Below are positions 13,262-26,448 of a DNA stretch of 64,000 nucleotides, piece after piece. The DNA lies in contig JAWMAR010000104.1 in NCBI GenBank assembly GCA_036785375.1, positions 3,782,001 through 3,846,000 on the forward strand, read 5' to 3'. The position numbers and the translations under genes are program-made. The notes under the pieces were generated by a model. It did not search any database. It was not told where the DNA came from and was given only the letters and a program-made list of their open reading frames with translations. Source of the stretch: Leucoraja ocellata. Lineage: Eukaryota. The stretch's first letter is position 1. Each line of letters opens with the position of its first letter.

Positions 13262-13845
13262 ATTTGTTCGTGTGTGATCACATCTTCTCGAAAAAAGACG
13301 CTCTAATGGTAAAAAAAATGACATATTCCGGGATAGATTTAATCCGTGGTCAAAAAACGCCTTATCTGAAAAAAATCGCATTATTTCTCGAGATTAATCA
13401 AAATGGTCATAAATCTGAAGAGACTTGGAAACAAATAACTGCCTTTTCCCTGTGCTCAGAGCTGTGACGTCACGATGGGATTGTAGCCCTGCTCGCAACA
13501 TTGTTGCTATCCAAGTACACCGAGTGCTGCTAGCTCTAGCAAGTGCAAATGCATTTTTTTAAAGTCACAGTGCACTGAGTTCTGTTAGCCCTAGCAAGTG
13601 CAAATGCATTTTTTAAAAGTTTAAAAATGAGGGAGTGTGCATAAGATGAAATGAGCAGCCCCTGCGCAGTTGGCGGCTATGGGTGAGTGGTGGAATGTTG
13701 CTTTGGGGAACAGGTTGCGTTGGGGGGGACCAGGTCTCCTGTGGGGGCTCTGGGTGATCGGTGGAATATTGTGTTGGGGAACGGGTTGCGTTGGGGGACC
13801 AGGACTTGCGTGTGGCAGGGAACCAACGAGTCCCACTTGGTCTAG
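13163..13845 (+). mobile_element. Putative non-autonomous Helitron-like element, copy 1
   Basis: Absent from paralogous spacers; starts AAAACTCTGATCTTG + (TG)n; ends in degenerate hairpin then CACTTGGTCTAG|T. Confidence 0.55.
13184..13259. repeat. (TG)n microsatellite, ~38 units with one interruption
   Basis: Direct reading. Confidence 0.97.
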
Positions 13846-13849
13846 TGCT

Positions 13850-14577
13850 TATTAAAAGTCTAATCATGTGCGTGTGTATATGTGTGGATATGTGGTTGTC
13901 TTTACATCTTCACAAAAACACTACGTGATAACGAGAACATTTTTACATATTCCGATTGACATATTTCTCCTCGAGGCCAGGATCACCTTATCTGAACATC
14001 ATATCCTTTATTTCCCGAATTATTCTTAACTCATTACTGATTAAAAGTTTAAAAAAATCACAAGACTTTGAAATTAAAATGACCAGCTTCAACTGATGAC
14101 GTCAGAATGGCTCTGCTAGTAGTGATCAGCCACACTGAAGATTCCATCCTAAATTTTTAATACGTTATTCGTGATTAAAGCTTTAAAAATGCAAACATTC
14201 CCAAGATTTTTCATATTCTGATTCACATGTTTCTCCTCTAGGTAGAGATCACAATCACTGAACATTTTATGCTTTATTTCTCGACATTACTGATTAAAGT
14301 TTAAAACAATCAAAAGATTTTGAATTAAAAACGACCAGCTTCAACTGATGACGTCACAATGGATCGGCAAGCAGGGGGAGGGAGAATTGCTATTGCAACA
14401 CGCAGGACAATGCAATTCGATTTTTTTTTTAAAGAGCGATGCTGAAGGAGGCAAGGGAGTGCTGGAATCTTACCTTCGGGAACGGCTCGAGTTGGAGGAC
14501 CACGCCTCCCGTGGGGGCTACCGGTAGGGAACGGGTGCGTTGGGGGATCAGACCCAACGGGTCTGCACTTGGTCTAG
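13850..14577 (+). mobile_element. Putative non-autonomous Helitron-like element, copy 2
   Basis: 5' end homologous to copy 1; 3' hairpin AGACCC-AAC-GGGTCT (14550-14564), 9-nt spacer, CTAG (14574-14577) followed by T. Confidence 0.6.
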
Positions 14578-15629
14578 TTAATAATAAAACTTGGTAGACA
14601 TCAGCTATCCCTAACGACAGGTAGGGCAATTTCTACTAATTATGTTATCCTATCATTATTGAATTCACATCCCAATAACAGGGTTTCACCATTTATTGTA
14701 AACTTCTGAATTAGCTACATACATTTTTTGGTCAAGACAGGGCATCGGTCATTGTGTTTTGAGGTGACGATAGGGTTCCCTGCTCTTCTGCCATTTGGAC
14801 ATAGCAAAGCAATATTTTGATTCGGATATTTTACAAATCCCTGGATATGTAACTGCAACATATGGAATGCTCAACATTAGTCATAATACAACTTTCAAAT
14901 TGATTATCGGTGCATAAATGCCATCAAAATTCATTCAGACCACCATAGAACACAATGGATATCCCATTGATGTTTCTTCAGAATCTCAACCAAAAATCCC
15001 CGTCATGAATTATAAGTGTATAAGATAAAACAACGAGAATCCCTGATTAATCGATGTTTCCTTGTTTAGCTCTAACATTTTTGACTGACCACATACATAC
15101 TTCCGCTGCGACTGCAGACCATATGCGTTTTACTTGGGCTTTGTGGACACCACATTGGCTCCCCTCAACTAAGATGGAGTTAATCAAAACTTCCGTGGAA
15201 TACCATCTATTTGCCTCGACAGGAGACACCTACAGCTCTCAAAAAGTAAATGCACTCCAGAACTCTTTGCATAATAAAGACCATTGCAAAGGATACTTTA
15301 GAAATTCAGGCAGTCTGCCATAGACTACACTGCTATAAATAATTGATATTTCTTCAGAACTATTTCCAATACCTAATTTCTCATTCTAAATGAACAAAAG
15401 CAGCAGATCATTGACAGCACAACATAATTCCCGTCACAACATCAATCGTGAATACACCATTCTCCCTTCATATCAACCAAGTCAAATCTCTTGAGCTCAC
15501 TCCAATAAGTTAAGCTAAGCATACTGTTACCATTCAATAATAGAGGAATATGTGACAACTCCCCCCCCCGTGAAAACATATAATGAGGTTGCAATGAGCA
15601 ATTGTCTTTCTTTCTTTGAATCAACTCAC

Positions 15630-18074
15630 CTCGTTATTCACGCGGAAGTTGTTTTCAGAACTTATCATTTCTGGGTTCTCTTTACCAATAGTTCTTTTCG
15701 GCAGATAATGCATTGCTGGAGATAGCCCACACGTTTGAGTGGTCCTGAAATCTCTCTTCACGGACTGCAATGTTGAACAAGACTCATAACGGTAACTTTG
15801 AGAAAGTGGATCACCTCCGAAGACCTCAACGTAGTTCGGTGGTATCTGAAAGCTTTTGCTGGCATTTTGAATTCCATTCAAAGAACTCCTTGATTCCAAA
15901 CAACAGCAGACGTTCAGAGAACCATATTGGCGTCCTACGCCATTTCTGTTTTTATGAACCTTAGCAGCAAGGATAACTAAAACCACGAGGAAAACGATAG
16001 ATGTCGTCCCTAAGGCTATGACCAAAGAAAGGTTCAAATCTGGAGTGAAGACGAGATCTTTAGATAAACTGGTGGCACTGGATATCGTATCTCGTCCTTT
16101 CACAGACAGTACAATGGTCACTGTGGCTGAAAGCGAAGGGAATCCATTATCGTTTACAACAATCACCAGCCTTTGTTTAGATGCATCTTTTGTCTCAATT
16201 GCACGGATGGTCCAAATTTCCCCAGTGTCCTCTGAAATAGTAAAAAGATTACGGTGGGTGGCCTGAAAAATATGATAAGTCAGACGGGCATTCTGACCCG
16301 AGTCGACGTCAATAGCGGATACCTTGGCAACTAGGTATCCTGGTTCTGCAAACCTGGATATTGTCTCCATTACAGTTGACCCATGTTCGGGCAAAGGACT
16401 CACGATCACTGGAGAGTTATCGTTCTGATCGAGGATAACAACGTCCACTGTGACGTTACTGGAGAGAGGTGGGACTCCAGAATCTCGCACCACTACATGG
16501 ATCTGGAAGTTTTTCAATTGTTCGTAGTCAAACGATTTCTGAGCATTAATGACACCATTCCGTACGTCAATAGAGACATACGAGGCATCGATTGAATTCA
16601 GGATAGTAAAGTTTAGTCGGGCGTTTTGTTCCGTGTCTGGATCATAGGCAGTGAGGACGAATATGGAATCCCCAATAACGTTATTCTCCATGACATTTGT
16701 CGTGTATGCAGCCTGCGTAAACCTCGGTGCGTTATCATTTACATCTGAAACATCTACACGGATATTTTTCTTGGTTGTGAGCGGTGGGTCCCCTGCATCC
16801 GTACATGTCACAGTGATGTCATACCTGGGGGTAGTTTCGCGATCCAGTCTGTGTTGTACAAGCAGTTTCCAATTATTCCTCACGGATGATTCCAGCTTAA
16901 ATGGGAGCTCATTCGGAATTTGACATTGTACATGTCCGTTCTGTCCAGAATCCTTATCTTCTGCGCTGAGTAGGGCGACAATGGTTCCGATTGGAACATT
17001 TTCTGCCACTGCACTGGACATGGTTGTCAATGACACTTCAGGGGCATTGTCATTCACATCGATAATATTCACCAACACATCGCAGTGTTGAGGTATTGCG
17101 TCAGGTCCATTGTCGACTGCTTGGATATTAATCACAAATGTTTTGCTTTGTTCAAAGTCCAAATATCCTTTCAATTTGATTTCACCGGTTAGGGAATTCA
17201 CAGTAACTAATTTTCGGTCGTCAGCAGAATTATGGGTGCTAAGAGAATATGTTATCTCTCCATTAGGGCCATCGTCCAAATCAGTGGCGTTTAACTTAAT
17301 AATCAGACTACCTGTGGGAGACGACTCCAGCAGACTGACACTATAAACCGATTGTGTGAAAACAGGAGCATTATCGTTCGCGTCCTTCACTCGGATAGTT
17401 ACCTGAACCATACCCGATCTTACAGGGACTCCGCCGTCTTCAGCAAGCACCGTTACCTCATGGGTCGATGTCGTTTCTCTATCCAGGGCCCTCTGCAGCA
17501 CTAACACCGGTAAATTTCCTCTCCTAACGCGTTCTTGTACATCAAGAATGAAATACTCATTGGGGAGGAGCTGGTAAGTCTGCACGGAGTTCGTCCCAAT
17601 GTCCGGATCGTGAGCGGCCTCGAGGGGAAATCGCGCTCCCGGTGCCATATTCTCTGAGATTTCAAGGCGGATCTGGCTTTTGGGGAAACTGGGAGCGTTG
17701 TCATTTACATCGAGTATCTCCACTTCCACCTGGTGAAGACTGAGGGGATTTTCAAGCACGACGTTCAAGGGTAAAATGCATTCGGTGCTCGACCCGCAAA
17801 GTTGCTCCCTGTCCATTTTCTCATTCACAAATAAAATCCCTTTTGCCAAATTTACGCCAACATATCGCTTCCTCGGGTTGGGCGCCAACCGCAAACTGCG
17901 AGCCGAGAGCTGATTTAAATCTATGCCCAAATCAATGGCGATATTCCCAACAAAGGCGCCCAGTTGTAATTCCTCGGGAACAGAATAACGAATCTGTCCA
18001 GAAACAAGGTCCCAGGGACAGAAAAAGCAGCAAAATAGTCGGTATTTGAGCAACCAAAATATTTTCTCTCTCAT
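15630..18074 (-). CDS. Clustered protocadherin variable exon V3 (type A), 815 codons; read-through ORF ends at 15621
   Basis: Full architecture; donor GAG|GTGAGT at 15629-15624. Confidence 0.96.
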
Positions 18075-18250
18075 TTCCAGGAGAAATCATTCCAATGGTT
18101 TCAACCCGAGACAATGCCTTTCGTCAGCGATTTGATTTACATGAGATAATTACGACGCAGGACATATCTCTACCTCCTTCCCGAATTGTTCCAATGTTGT
18201 AATTTAAACGTCCTGATGTTGTATCCAGTTCGAAATAAATCGAGCAGAAA

Positions 18251-18418
18251 CCGTCCGGAGCTGCTGCCAATCCAGTGTTCACGGCGTCTGATCGGACGCG
18301 ATGGCGGCTGGGTATTGTAAGGGGCTGTGCAGATCACCAGTCGCCTCCGACCTCCTGATTGGTGGATAATGCAGCAGTCATATCCGACCAATTACAATTC
18401 AGCTCGGTTCTTAAAGCA
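18251..18418 (-). promoter_or_regulatory. Promoter module of V3
   Basis: Same motif order; shares private substitutions with the V4 promoter. Confidence 0.8.
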
Positions 18419-19773
18419 AGAACTGCTTAACTTGGCGCAGACTTGTTACATATATTGCTGCGGAATTGAAGTTGCTTTTAGCATTTTGGATGCTGTCACT
18501 TTCTGTGGAAAGTTACCCCCAGAACCGAATTTTCAGGAACTGCAATAGTGAATATATAAAACATTAAATATGCGGGGAAAAATGATTTCAGGAATGATAT
18601 CAGAAGAAATAAATTAACTCGCCTTTCTGCGAATCTAATTTAATGTATCCTTCAACATGTCTTTACAATCGTGGCGATCGGTTAATAGCCAGTGACAGAA
18701 CGCCTTCAGTCTGCCTTTGAATAGTATCAAACACATCTGGTGCTTAGCTTCGACCTGGACTGTGGATAATTTACCCCTCCCCTCTCCTCAACAGATGCTG
18801 CTCGACCCGCTGAGTTCAATCAGCAGATAGTTTGTTGCTCCTGATTCGACCATCTGCAGTTTTCTATGCCTTCAAAACATATAACTGAAGATTCACTTAA
18901 ATGAATATATCGTTTGTTGCTCGGTTTCACACGAAGCCGGTTCATTTCTGGGATCATATTTTTATGTTGTGTGGTGGCTTCAATAAATAACAGAGTAAGT
19001 TACATTGCATCACTTATTTTCACATTTTAACGGTTACACGCAAGACCTCTCTCTAAAATAAAACGTTCATCGTGGTTGTCTTTCTTTAAAATGTAAATAA
19101 TGTAATTGCTATCGTGCCTCCAGTTAAAATCTTCTGCTATAAGATAAAATCTACAGGCAATTCTCCTAATCATAAGGAGTAAGTTGTTGATTGTTATTGT
19201 ACTAATTGCAAAACAAATATTTTCCCAGGTACTTTAACATTGTCTTGTTCCAGTTAAATGTTAAACTTAGACTTGTAAATTATGTATTACCATTCCCTCG
19301 CTGATACTGTGTTAGTATTGGAATTCCTTGCCTGCAGCCTTACGGGAGAACCTTCAGCACAGGCACTGCTCTGTTTCTCGAAAGCGTTTCTAAACCACAT
19401 TTTCAAGAAGAATGAGGGATGGTTAAAACACTGGGTTGCCGAAAACATCTGCATTCAATATTAAAAAAAATAAAATCATACAGATCGTTGAAAACTGATT
19501 CTTTTAAATTCACGGATTTACTGCAGCAATTCGTCAGAACTCGATCTGGGTCCCTCCACCCTTGCTAAACGTCCGCAGACACCTGTTCAAGGCAAATTCA
19601 ATGTTAGATGCGGTAACATTTCTTGATTCCCATACGATATTGATCAGTATCAATATTCCCTGGACAAGGAAGCAGTCCGCACCTACAAGGAACAAGTCAT
19701 AGGATCAAGGAGTCAAACAGTGCTGAAGCAAATCCTTCGGCCCAACACGTACATGACGACCAATGTGCCCCAT

Positions 19774-20147
19774 TCATCTCCCCCCGAGACGCAGGGAGGT
19801 GTGTCCTGTACGGGCTCCTCCTCCACACCCTAAATGGCGGTCGGTGTTGCCTTCCAGTCGCGAGGGGGGCAGGGGGCGGTCGGGGTCTTTCTATGCAGGT
19901 ATTCTCTCCCTCTACATCGGGGATCTGTGGTGGAGGGTACTGCACCGAGGAATCCTTTGCAACCTGTTCACAGACTCGCCAGCCGCCTGCCACTTTTGCG
20001 GGCTGGAAGAGTGTGTGCCACATGTATATGGAAGGTGTGAGGCTGCAGCCCCTGATCCATTATCTAAAGGGGCTGATCCTTGCCTTCTGGATGCATTTCT
20101 CACCCACCATCCTCATCTTTGGACAACCTTTATTTTTTTTTAAAAAG
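19774..20147 (+). mobile_element. Tx1/L1-clade retrotransposon ORF2 C-terminal fragment
   Basis: Translates to DLWWRVLHRGI...ACHFCGLEECVPHVY..CVRLQPL (zf-RVT-like CCHC); flanked by GTGCCCCAT duplication at 19765-19773 and 20148-20156. Confidence 0.7.
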
Positions 20148-20364
20148 GTGCCCCATCTAAGCCAGGTCCCAGAAAATGGTGATGCGAGGAGGTAGCACTT
20201 CACACATAACACAACTGGTAGGCACCAGCTATCCCCAACAACATATATGGTAACTACTCCCACTCTAATGATATCGCACTATCATTGTTGAATTCGCATC
20301 ACAATAACATGGTTTCACCGTATATTGGGAATTGGTGACTTAGCTAAACGAATTTTCTGGTTAT

Positions 20365-21059
20365 GACAATAGACAATAGACAATAGGTGCACGAGCAGGC
20401 CAGTTGGCTCTTTGAGCCAGCACCACCATTCAATGTGATCATGGCTGATCATCCCCAATCAGTACCCCGTTACTGCCTTCTCCCCATATCCCCTGACCGC
20501 TATTTTTAAGAACCCTATCTAGCTCTCTCTTGAAAGCATCCAGAGAACCTGCCTCCACCAGATAATTCCACAGACTCACCACTCTCTGTGAGAAAAAGTG
20601 TTTCCTCGTCTCCGTTCTAAATGGCTTACTCCTTATTCTTAAACTGTGGTCCCTGGTTCTGGACTCCCCAACATCGGGAACATGTTTCCTGCCTCTAGCG
20701 TGTCCAAACCCTTAACAATATTATATGTTTGAATAAGATACCCTCTCATCCTTCTAAACTCCAGAGTGCACAAGCCCAGCTGCTCCATTCTCTCAGCATA
20801 TGACAGTCCCGCCATCCCGAGAATTAACCTTGTAATCCTACGTTGCACTCCCTCAATAACAAGAATGTCCTTCGTAACAATTGGGGGACCAAAACTACAC
20901 ACAATACTTCAGGTGTGGTCTCACTAGGGCTCTGTACAACTGCAGAAGGACCTATTTGCTCCTATATTCGATTCCTCTTGTTATAAAGGCCAACATGCCA
21001 TTCGCTTTTTTCACTGCCTGCTGTACCTGCATGCTTACTTTCATAAACTGACGTACAAG
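20365..21059 (-). mobile_element. CR1-clade LINE 3' fragment (GACAATA tail family)
   Basis: Similar to 4331-5050; KDILVIEGVQRR...LEFRRMRGYLI. Confidence 0.9.
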
Positions 21060-21488
21060 ACACCAGTCATCGTGTTTTGAAGTGAGGATAAGGTTCCCTG
21101 CTCTTCTGCCACTTAGAAATGGCAAAACAGTATTTTGATTCAGATATTTTCCAAATGCCTGGATTTGTAACTGCGACAATACATGGAATGCTGAACACGA
21201 GTCATGGTAAAACTTTCAACTTGATTATAGATGCCTAAAATGCCTTTCAGATTTCATTTAGACCACCACAGAATGCACTGGATAACCAACTGACGCTTCT
21301 TTGTAATCTTAACCAAATCTGGCCAACCATGAAATGCATACTGCATAAGCAAATAACTAGAAAATCATTTTCCTTATTAATCCATGTCTCCTTATTTATC
21401 AGAAACATTTGAACAGGCCACATACATATGTTGGCTGCAACTGTAGGCCACGTGCGTTTATTTGGGCTTTGGGGGCACTCCATAGACC

Positions 21489-21713
21489 TTCAAAAGGGTC
21501 CAAAGAAAGTTCAAAAGGTTATTTTATTAGTCACATACACCTAGGTGCAGTAAAATGCGTCTTGCCAATGCAGCACATAAAGAAAGAATAGAAACATAAC
21601 AATAATAAAGAAATTTAAACATAAAAACATCCCCCCATAATGGCTCCCACTGTGGGGGAAGGCACAATGTCCAGTCCCCATCCCCAGTTTACCCATAGTC
21701 GGGCCTATTGAGG
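21489..21713 (-). repeat. Unclassified interspersed repeat fragment
   Basis: Interrupts the paralogous spacer block; resembles 42003-42220; duplicated at 30583-30808. Confidence 0.55.
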
Positions 21714-22149
21714 TGTGTAATATTGTTCATGTGTCTGCATAGGTGACCCCAAGATCTCTCAGAAAGTAAAATACCATCCAGAACTATGTTTACAGAATAA
21801 TTACCAATTACAAGAAGTCCTTTAGAAATCCATACTGTCTGCAATAGAATACACTGCTTTAAACCACTGGCATTTCTTCAGAGTTATTTACAAAGTCCCA
21901 CATTCTCCTTCTAAAAGCACAGCAGTAGCCGAGCATTGTAATGCCCGTCACATCATTAATCTTGATTACACCTATGTCCCTTGATATCAACCAAGTCAAA
22001 TCACCTGAATCACTCCAATAGATTAAGCGAAGCATATTTTTACAATTCGAACATAATGGGACATATGAGCCCCTCGGCACAACCTGTAATTAAGATGCAA
22101 TGTCCAGACTTAACAAACAAATTGTATTTTTTTCTTTGAAATAACTCAC

Positions 22150-24597
22150 CTCGTTATTCACACGGCAGTTAGACTTTTCAGAACATATCATTCCTGGGTT
22201 CTCTTTCCCAATTGGTTTGTTCTGGATATATTCCATTGCTGTAGATAGCCCACGGGTTTGCGGCGTCCTGAAGTCTCTCTTCACGGACTGCAATGTTGAA
22301 CAAGACTCGTAACGGTAACTCTGCGAAAGCGGATCACCCCCGAATACCTCAACGTAGTTCGGTGGTATTTGAAGACTTCTGCTGGCCTTTTGAATCCCAT
22401 TCAGAGAGCTCCTTGATTCCAAACAACAGCAGACGGTCAGAGAATTATATTGGTGTCCTACATCGTTTCTGTGTTTATGGACCTTAACAGCAAGGATAAT
22501 TAAAATCACGAGGAAAATTATAGATGTCGTCCCTAAGGCTATGACCAAGGAAAGGTTCAAATCTGGAGTGAACACGTGATCTTTAGATAGACTGGTGGCA
22601 CTGGCTATCGTGTCGCTTCCTTTCACAGACAGTACAATGGTCACTGTGGCTGAAAGTGACGGGATTCCATTATCGTTTACAACAATCACCAGCCTTTGTT
22701 TAGATGCATCTTTAGTCTCAATGCCACGGATGGTCCAAATTTCCCCTGTGTCCTCTGAAATAGTAAAAAGATTACGGTGGGTGGCCTGAAATACGTGGTA
22801 AGTCAGACGGGCATTCTGACCGGAGTCGGCGTCAGCAGCGGATACCTTGGCAACTAGGTATCCTGGTTCTGCAAACCTGGATATTGTCTCCATTACAGTT
22901 GACCCATATTCAGGCAAAGGATTCACGATCACTGGAGCGTTATCGTTCTGATCGAGGATAACAACGCCCACTGTAACGTTACTGGAGAGAGGTGGGACTC
23001 CAGAATCCCGCACCAATACATGGATTTGGAAATGTTTCAATTGTTCGTAGTCAAACGATTTATGCGCACAAATGACACCATTCTGTGAGTTAATGGAGAC
23101 ATACGAAGCCACGACTGAATTCAGGATAGTAAAGTTTAATCGGGCGTTTTGTCCCGTGTCTGGATCATGGGCTGTGAGGGAGAAGATGGAATCCCCAATA
23201 ACGTTATTCTCCATGACATTTCCCGTGTATGCAGCCTGCGTAAACCTCGGCGCGTTATCATTTACATCTGAAACATCTACACGGATATTTTTCTTCGATG
23301 TGCGCGGTGGGTCCCCAGCATCCGTGCATGTCACAGTGATGTCATACCTGGAGGTAGTTTCTCGATCCAGCCCGTGTTGTACAAGTAGTTTCCAATTATT
23401 CTTCATGGAGGATTCCATCTTAAAGGGCAATTTATTCGGAATTTGACATGTTACTTGTCCGTTCTGTCCAGAATCCTTATCTTCTGCGCTGAGTAGGGCG
23501 ACAATGGTTCCGATTGGAACATTTTCTGCCACTGCACTGGACATGGAAGTCAATAACACTTCAGGGGCATTGTCATTCACATCGATAATATCCACCAACA
23601 CATCACAGTGTTGAGGTATTGCGTAAGGACCGTTGTCGACTGCTTGGATATTAAGCACAAATGTTCTGCTTTGTTCAAAATCCAATTGGCCTTTGAGTTT
23701 GATTTCACCAGTTTGCGAATTCACAGCAACTAACTCACGAACGTCAGCAGAATTATGGCTACTCAGAGAATATGTTATCTCTCCATTAGGGCCATCGTCC
23801 AAATCAGTGGCGTTTAACTTAATAATCAGACTACCTGTGGGAGCCGACTCCACCAGACTGACACTATACACCGATTGTGTGAAAACAGGAGCATTATCGT
23901 TCGCGTCCTTCACTCGGATAGTTACCTGAACCTTACCCGATCTTACAGGGAGCCCGCCGTCTTCAGCAAGCACTGTTACCTCATGGGTCGATGTCGTTTC
24001 TCTATCCAGGGCCCTTTGCAGCACTAACACCGGTACATTTCCTATTCTATCTCGTTCTTGTACATCAAGAATAAAATACTCATTTGGAAGGAGCTGGTAA
24101 GTCTGCAAGGAGTTCGTCCCAATGTCCGGATCGTGAGCGGCCTCGAGGTTGAATCGCGCTCCCGGTGCCATATTCTCTGAGATTTCAAGGCGGACCTGGG
24201 TTTTGGGGAAACTGGGAGCGTTGTCATTTACATCGAGTATCTCCACTTCCACCTGGTGAAGACTGAGGGGATTTTCAAGCACGACGTTCAAGGGTAAAAT
24301 GCAATCGGTGCTCTGCCCGCAAAGCAGCTCTCTGTCGATTCTTTCATTCACAAATAAAATTCCTTTTTCCAAATTTACGTCAACATATCGCTTCCTCGGG
24401 CTGGGCGCCACTCGTGTTCTGCGAGCCGAGAGCTCCTTTAAATCTAATCCCAAATCAATTGCGATATTCCCAACAAAGGCGCCCAGTTGCAATTCTTCGG
24501 GAACCGAATATCGAATCTGCCCAAAAACAAGGTCCCAGGGGCAGAACAAGCAGAACCAGAGTCGGTATTTGAGCAACCAATATATATTATCTCTCAT
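22150..24597 (-). CDS. Clustered protocadherin variable exon V4 (type A, chimeric), 816 codons; read-through ORF ends at 22090
   Basis: Full architecture; donor GAG|GTGAGT at 22149-22144. Confidence 0.96.
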
Positions 24598-24773
24598 TTC
24601 CAGGAGAAATCATTCCAATGGTTTCAACCCGAGACAATGCCTATCGACAGCGATTTGATTTAAATGATGCAAACACGACGCACAAAATATCTCTACCTCC
24701 TTGGCGAATTGTTCCAATGTTGTAATTCAAACATTCTTATGTTGTATCCAGTTCGAAATGAATCGAGCAGAAA

Positions 24774-24941
24774 CCGTCCGGAGCTGCTGCCAATCCAGTG
24801 TTCACGGCGTCTGATCGGACGCGATGGCGGCTGGGTATTGTAAGGGGCTGTGCAGATCACCAGTCGCCTCCGACCTCCTGATTGGTGGATAATGCAGCAG
24901 TCATATCCGACCAATTACATTTCAGTTCCGTTCTTAAAGCA
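24774..24941 (-). promoter_or_regulatory. Promoter module of V4
   Basis: Same motif order; near-identical to V3 promoter. Confidence 0.8.
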
Positions 24942-26044
24942 AGAACGGCTTAACTTGGCGCAGACTTGTTACATATATTGCTGCGGAATTGAAGTTGCTT
25001 TTTGCATTTTGGATGCTGTCACTTTCTGTGGGAAGTTACCCCTCCCCTCTCCTCAACAGATGCTGCTCGACCCGCTGAGTTCAATCAGCAGATAGTTTGT
25101 TGCTCCTGATTCGACCATCTGCAGTTGTCTGTGCCTTCAAAATATATAACTGAAGATTCACTTAAATGAATATATCGTTTGTTGCTCAGTTTCACACGAA
25201 GCCGGTTTATTTCCGGGATCTTATTTTTATGTCGTGTGGTGGCTTCAATAAATAACAGAGTAAGTTACATTGCATCACTTATTTTCACATTTTAACGGTT
25301 ACAAGCAAGAACTCTCTCTAAAATAAAACGTTCATCGTGGTTGTCTTTCTTTAAAATGTGAACAATGTAATTGCTATCGTGCCTCCAGTTAAAATCTTCT
25401 GCTATAAGATAAAATCTACAGGCAATTCTCCTAATCATAAGGAGTAAGTTGTAGGTTGCTACTGTACTAATTGCAAAACAAATATTTCCCCAGGTACTTT
25501 AACATTGTCTTGTTCCATATCTGCTAAATGTTAAACTTAGACTTGTAAATTATGTATTACCATTCCCTCGCTGATACTGTGTTAGTATTGGAATTCCTTG
25601 CCAGCAGCCTCACGGGAGAACCTTCAGCACAGGCACTGCACTGTTTCTCGAAAGCGTTTCAAAACCACATTTTCAAGAAGAATGAGGGATGGTTAAAACA
25701 CTGGGCTGCCGAAAACATCTGCATTCAATATTTAAAAAAAATAAAATAATACAGATCGTTGAAAACTGATGATTTCAAATTCACGGATTTACTGCAGCAA
25801 TTCGTCAGAACTCGATCTGGGTCCCTCCACACTTGCTAAACGTCCGCAGACACCTGTTCAATGCAAATACAATGTTAGATGCGGTAACATTTCTTGATTC
25901 CCATACGATATTGATCAGTATCAATATTCCCTGGACAAGGAAGCAGTCCGCACCTACATGGAACAAGTCATAGGATCAAGGAGTCAAACAGTGCTGAAGC
26001 AAATCCTTCGGCCCAACACGTACATGACGACCAATGTCCCCCAT

Positions 26045-26431
26045 CCATCTCCCCCCGAGACGCAGGGAGGTGTGTCCTGTACTGGCTCCTCCTCCACACC
26101 ATGCACTTCCCCACCCTAAGTGGTGGTCGGTGTTGCCTTCCAGTCGCGAGGGGGGCAGGGGGCGGTCGGTGTCTTTCTATGCAGGTATTCTCTTCCTCTA
26201 CATCGGGGATCTGGGGTGGAGGGTACTGCACCGAGGAATCCTTTGCAACCTGTTCACAGACTCGCCAGCCGCCTGCCACCTTTGCGGGCTGGAAGAGTGT
26301 GTGCCACGTGTATATGGAAGGTGTGAGGCTGCAGCCCCTGATCCATTATCTAAAGGGGCTGATCCTTGCCTTCTGGATGCATTTCTCACCCACCATCCTC
26401 ACCTTTGGACAACCTTTAATTTTTTAAAAAG
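26045..26431 (+). mobile_element. Tx1/L1-clade ORF2 fragment, duplicated copy
   Basis: Copy of 19774-20147 (15 bp longer). Confidence 0.7.
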
Positions 26432-26448
26432 GTGCCCAATCTAAGCCA

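Noticed and set aside
13151-13467. HT/VC-repeat ORFs
   Set aside because: Translation of the TG microsatellite
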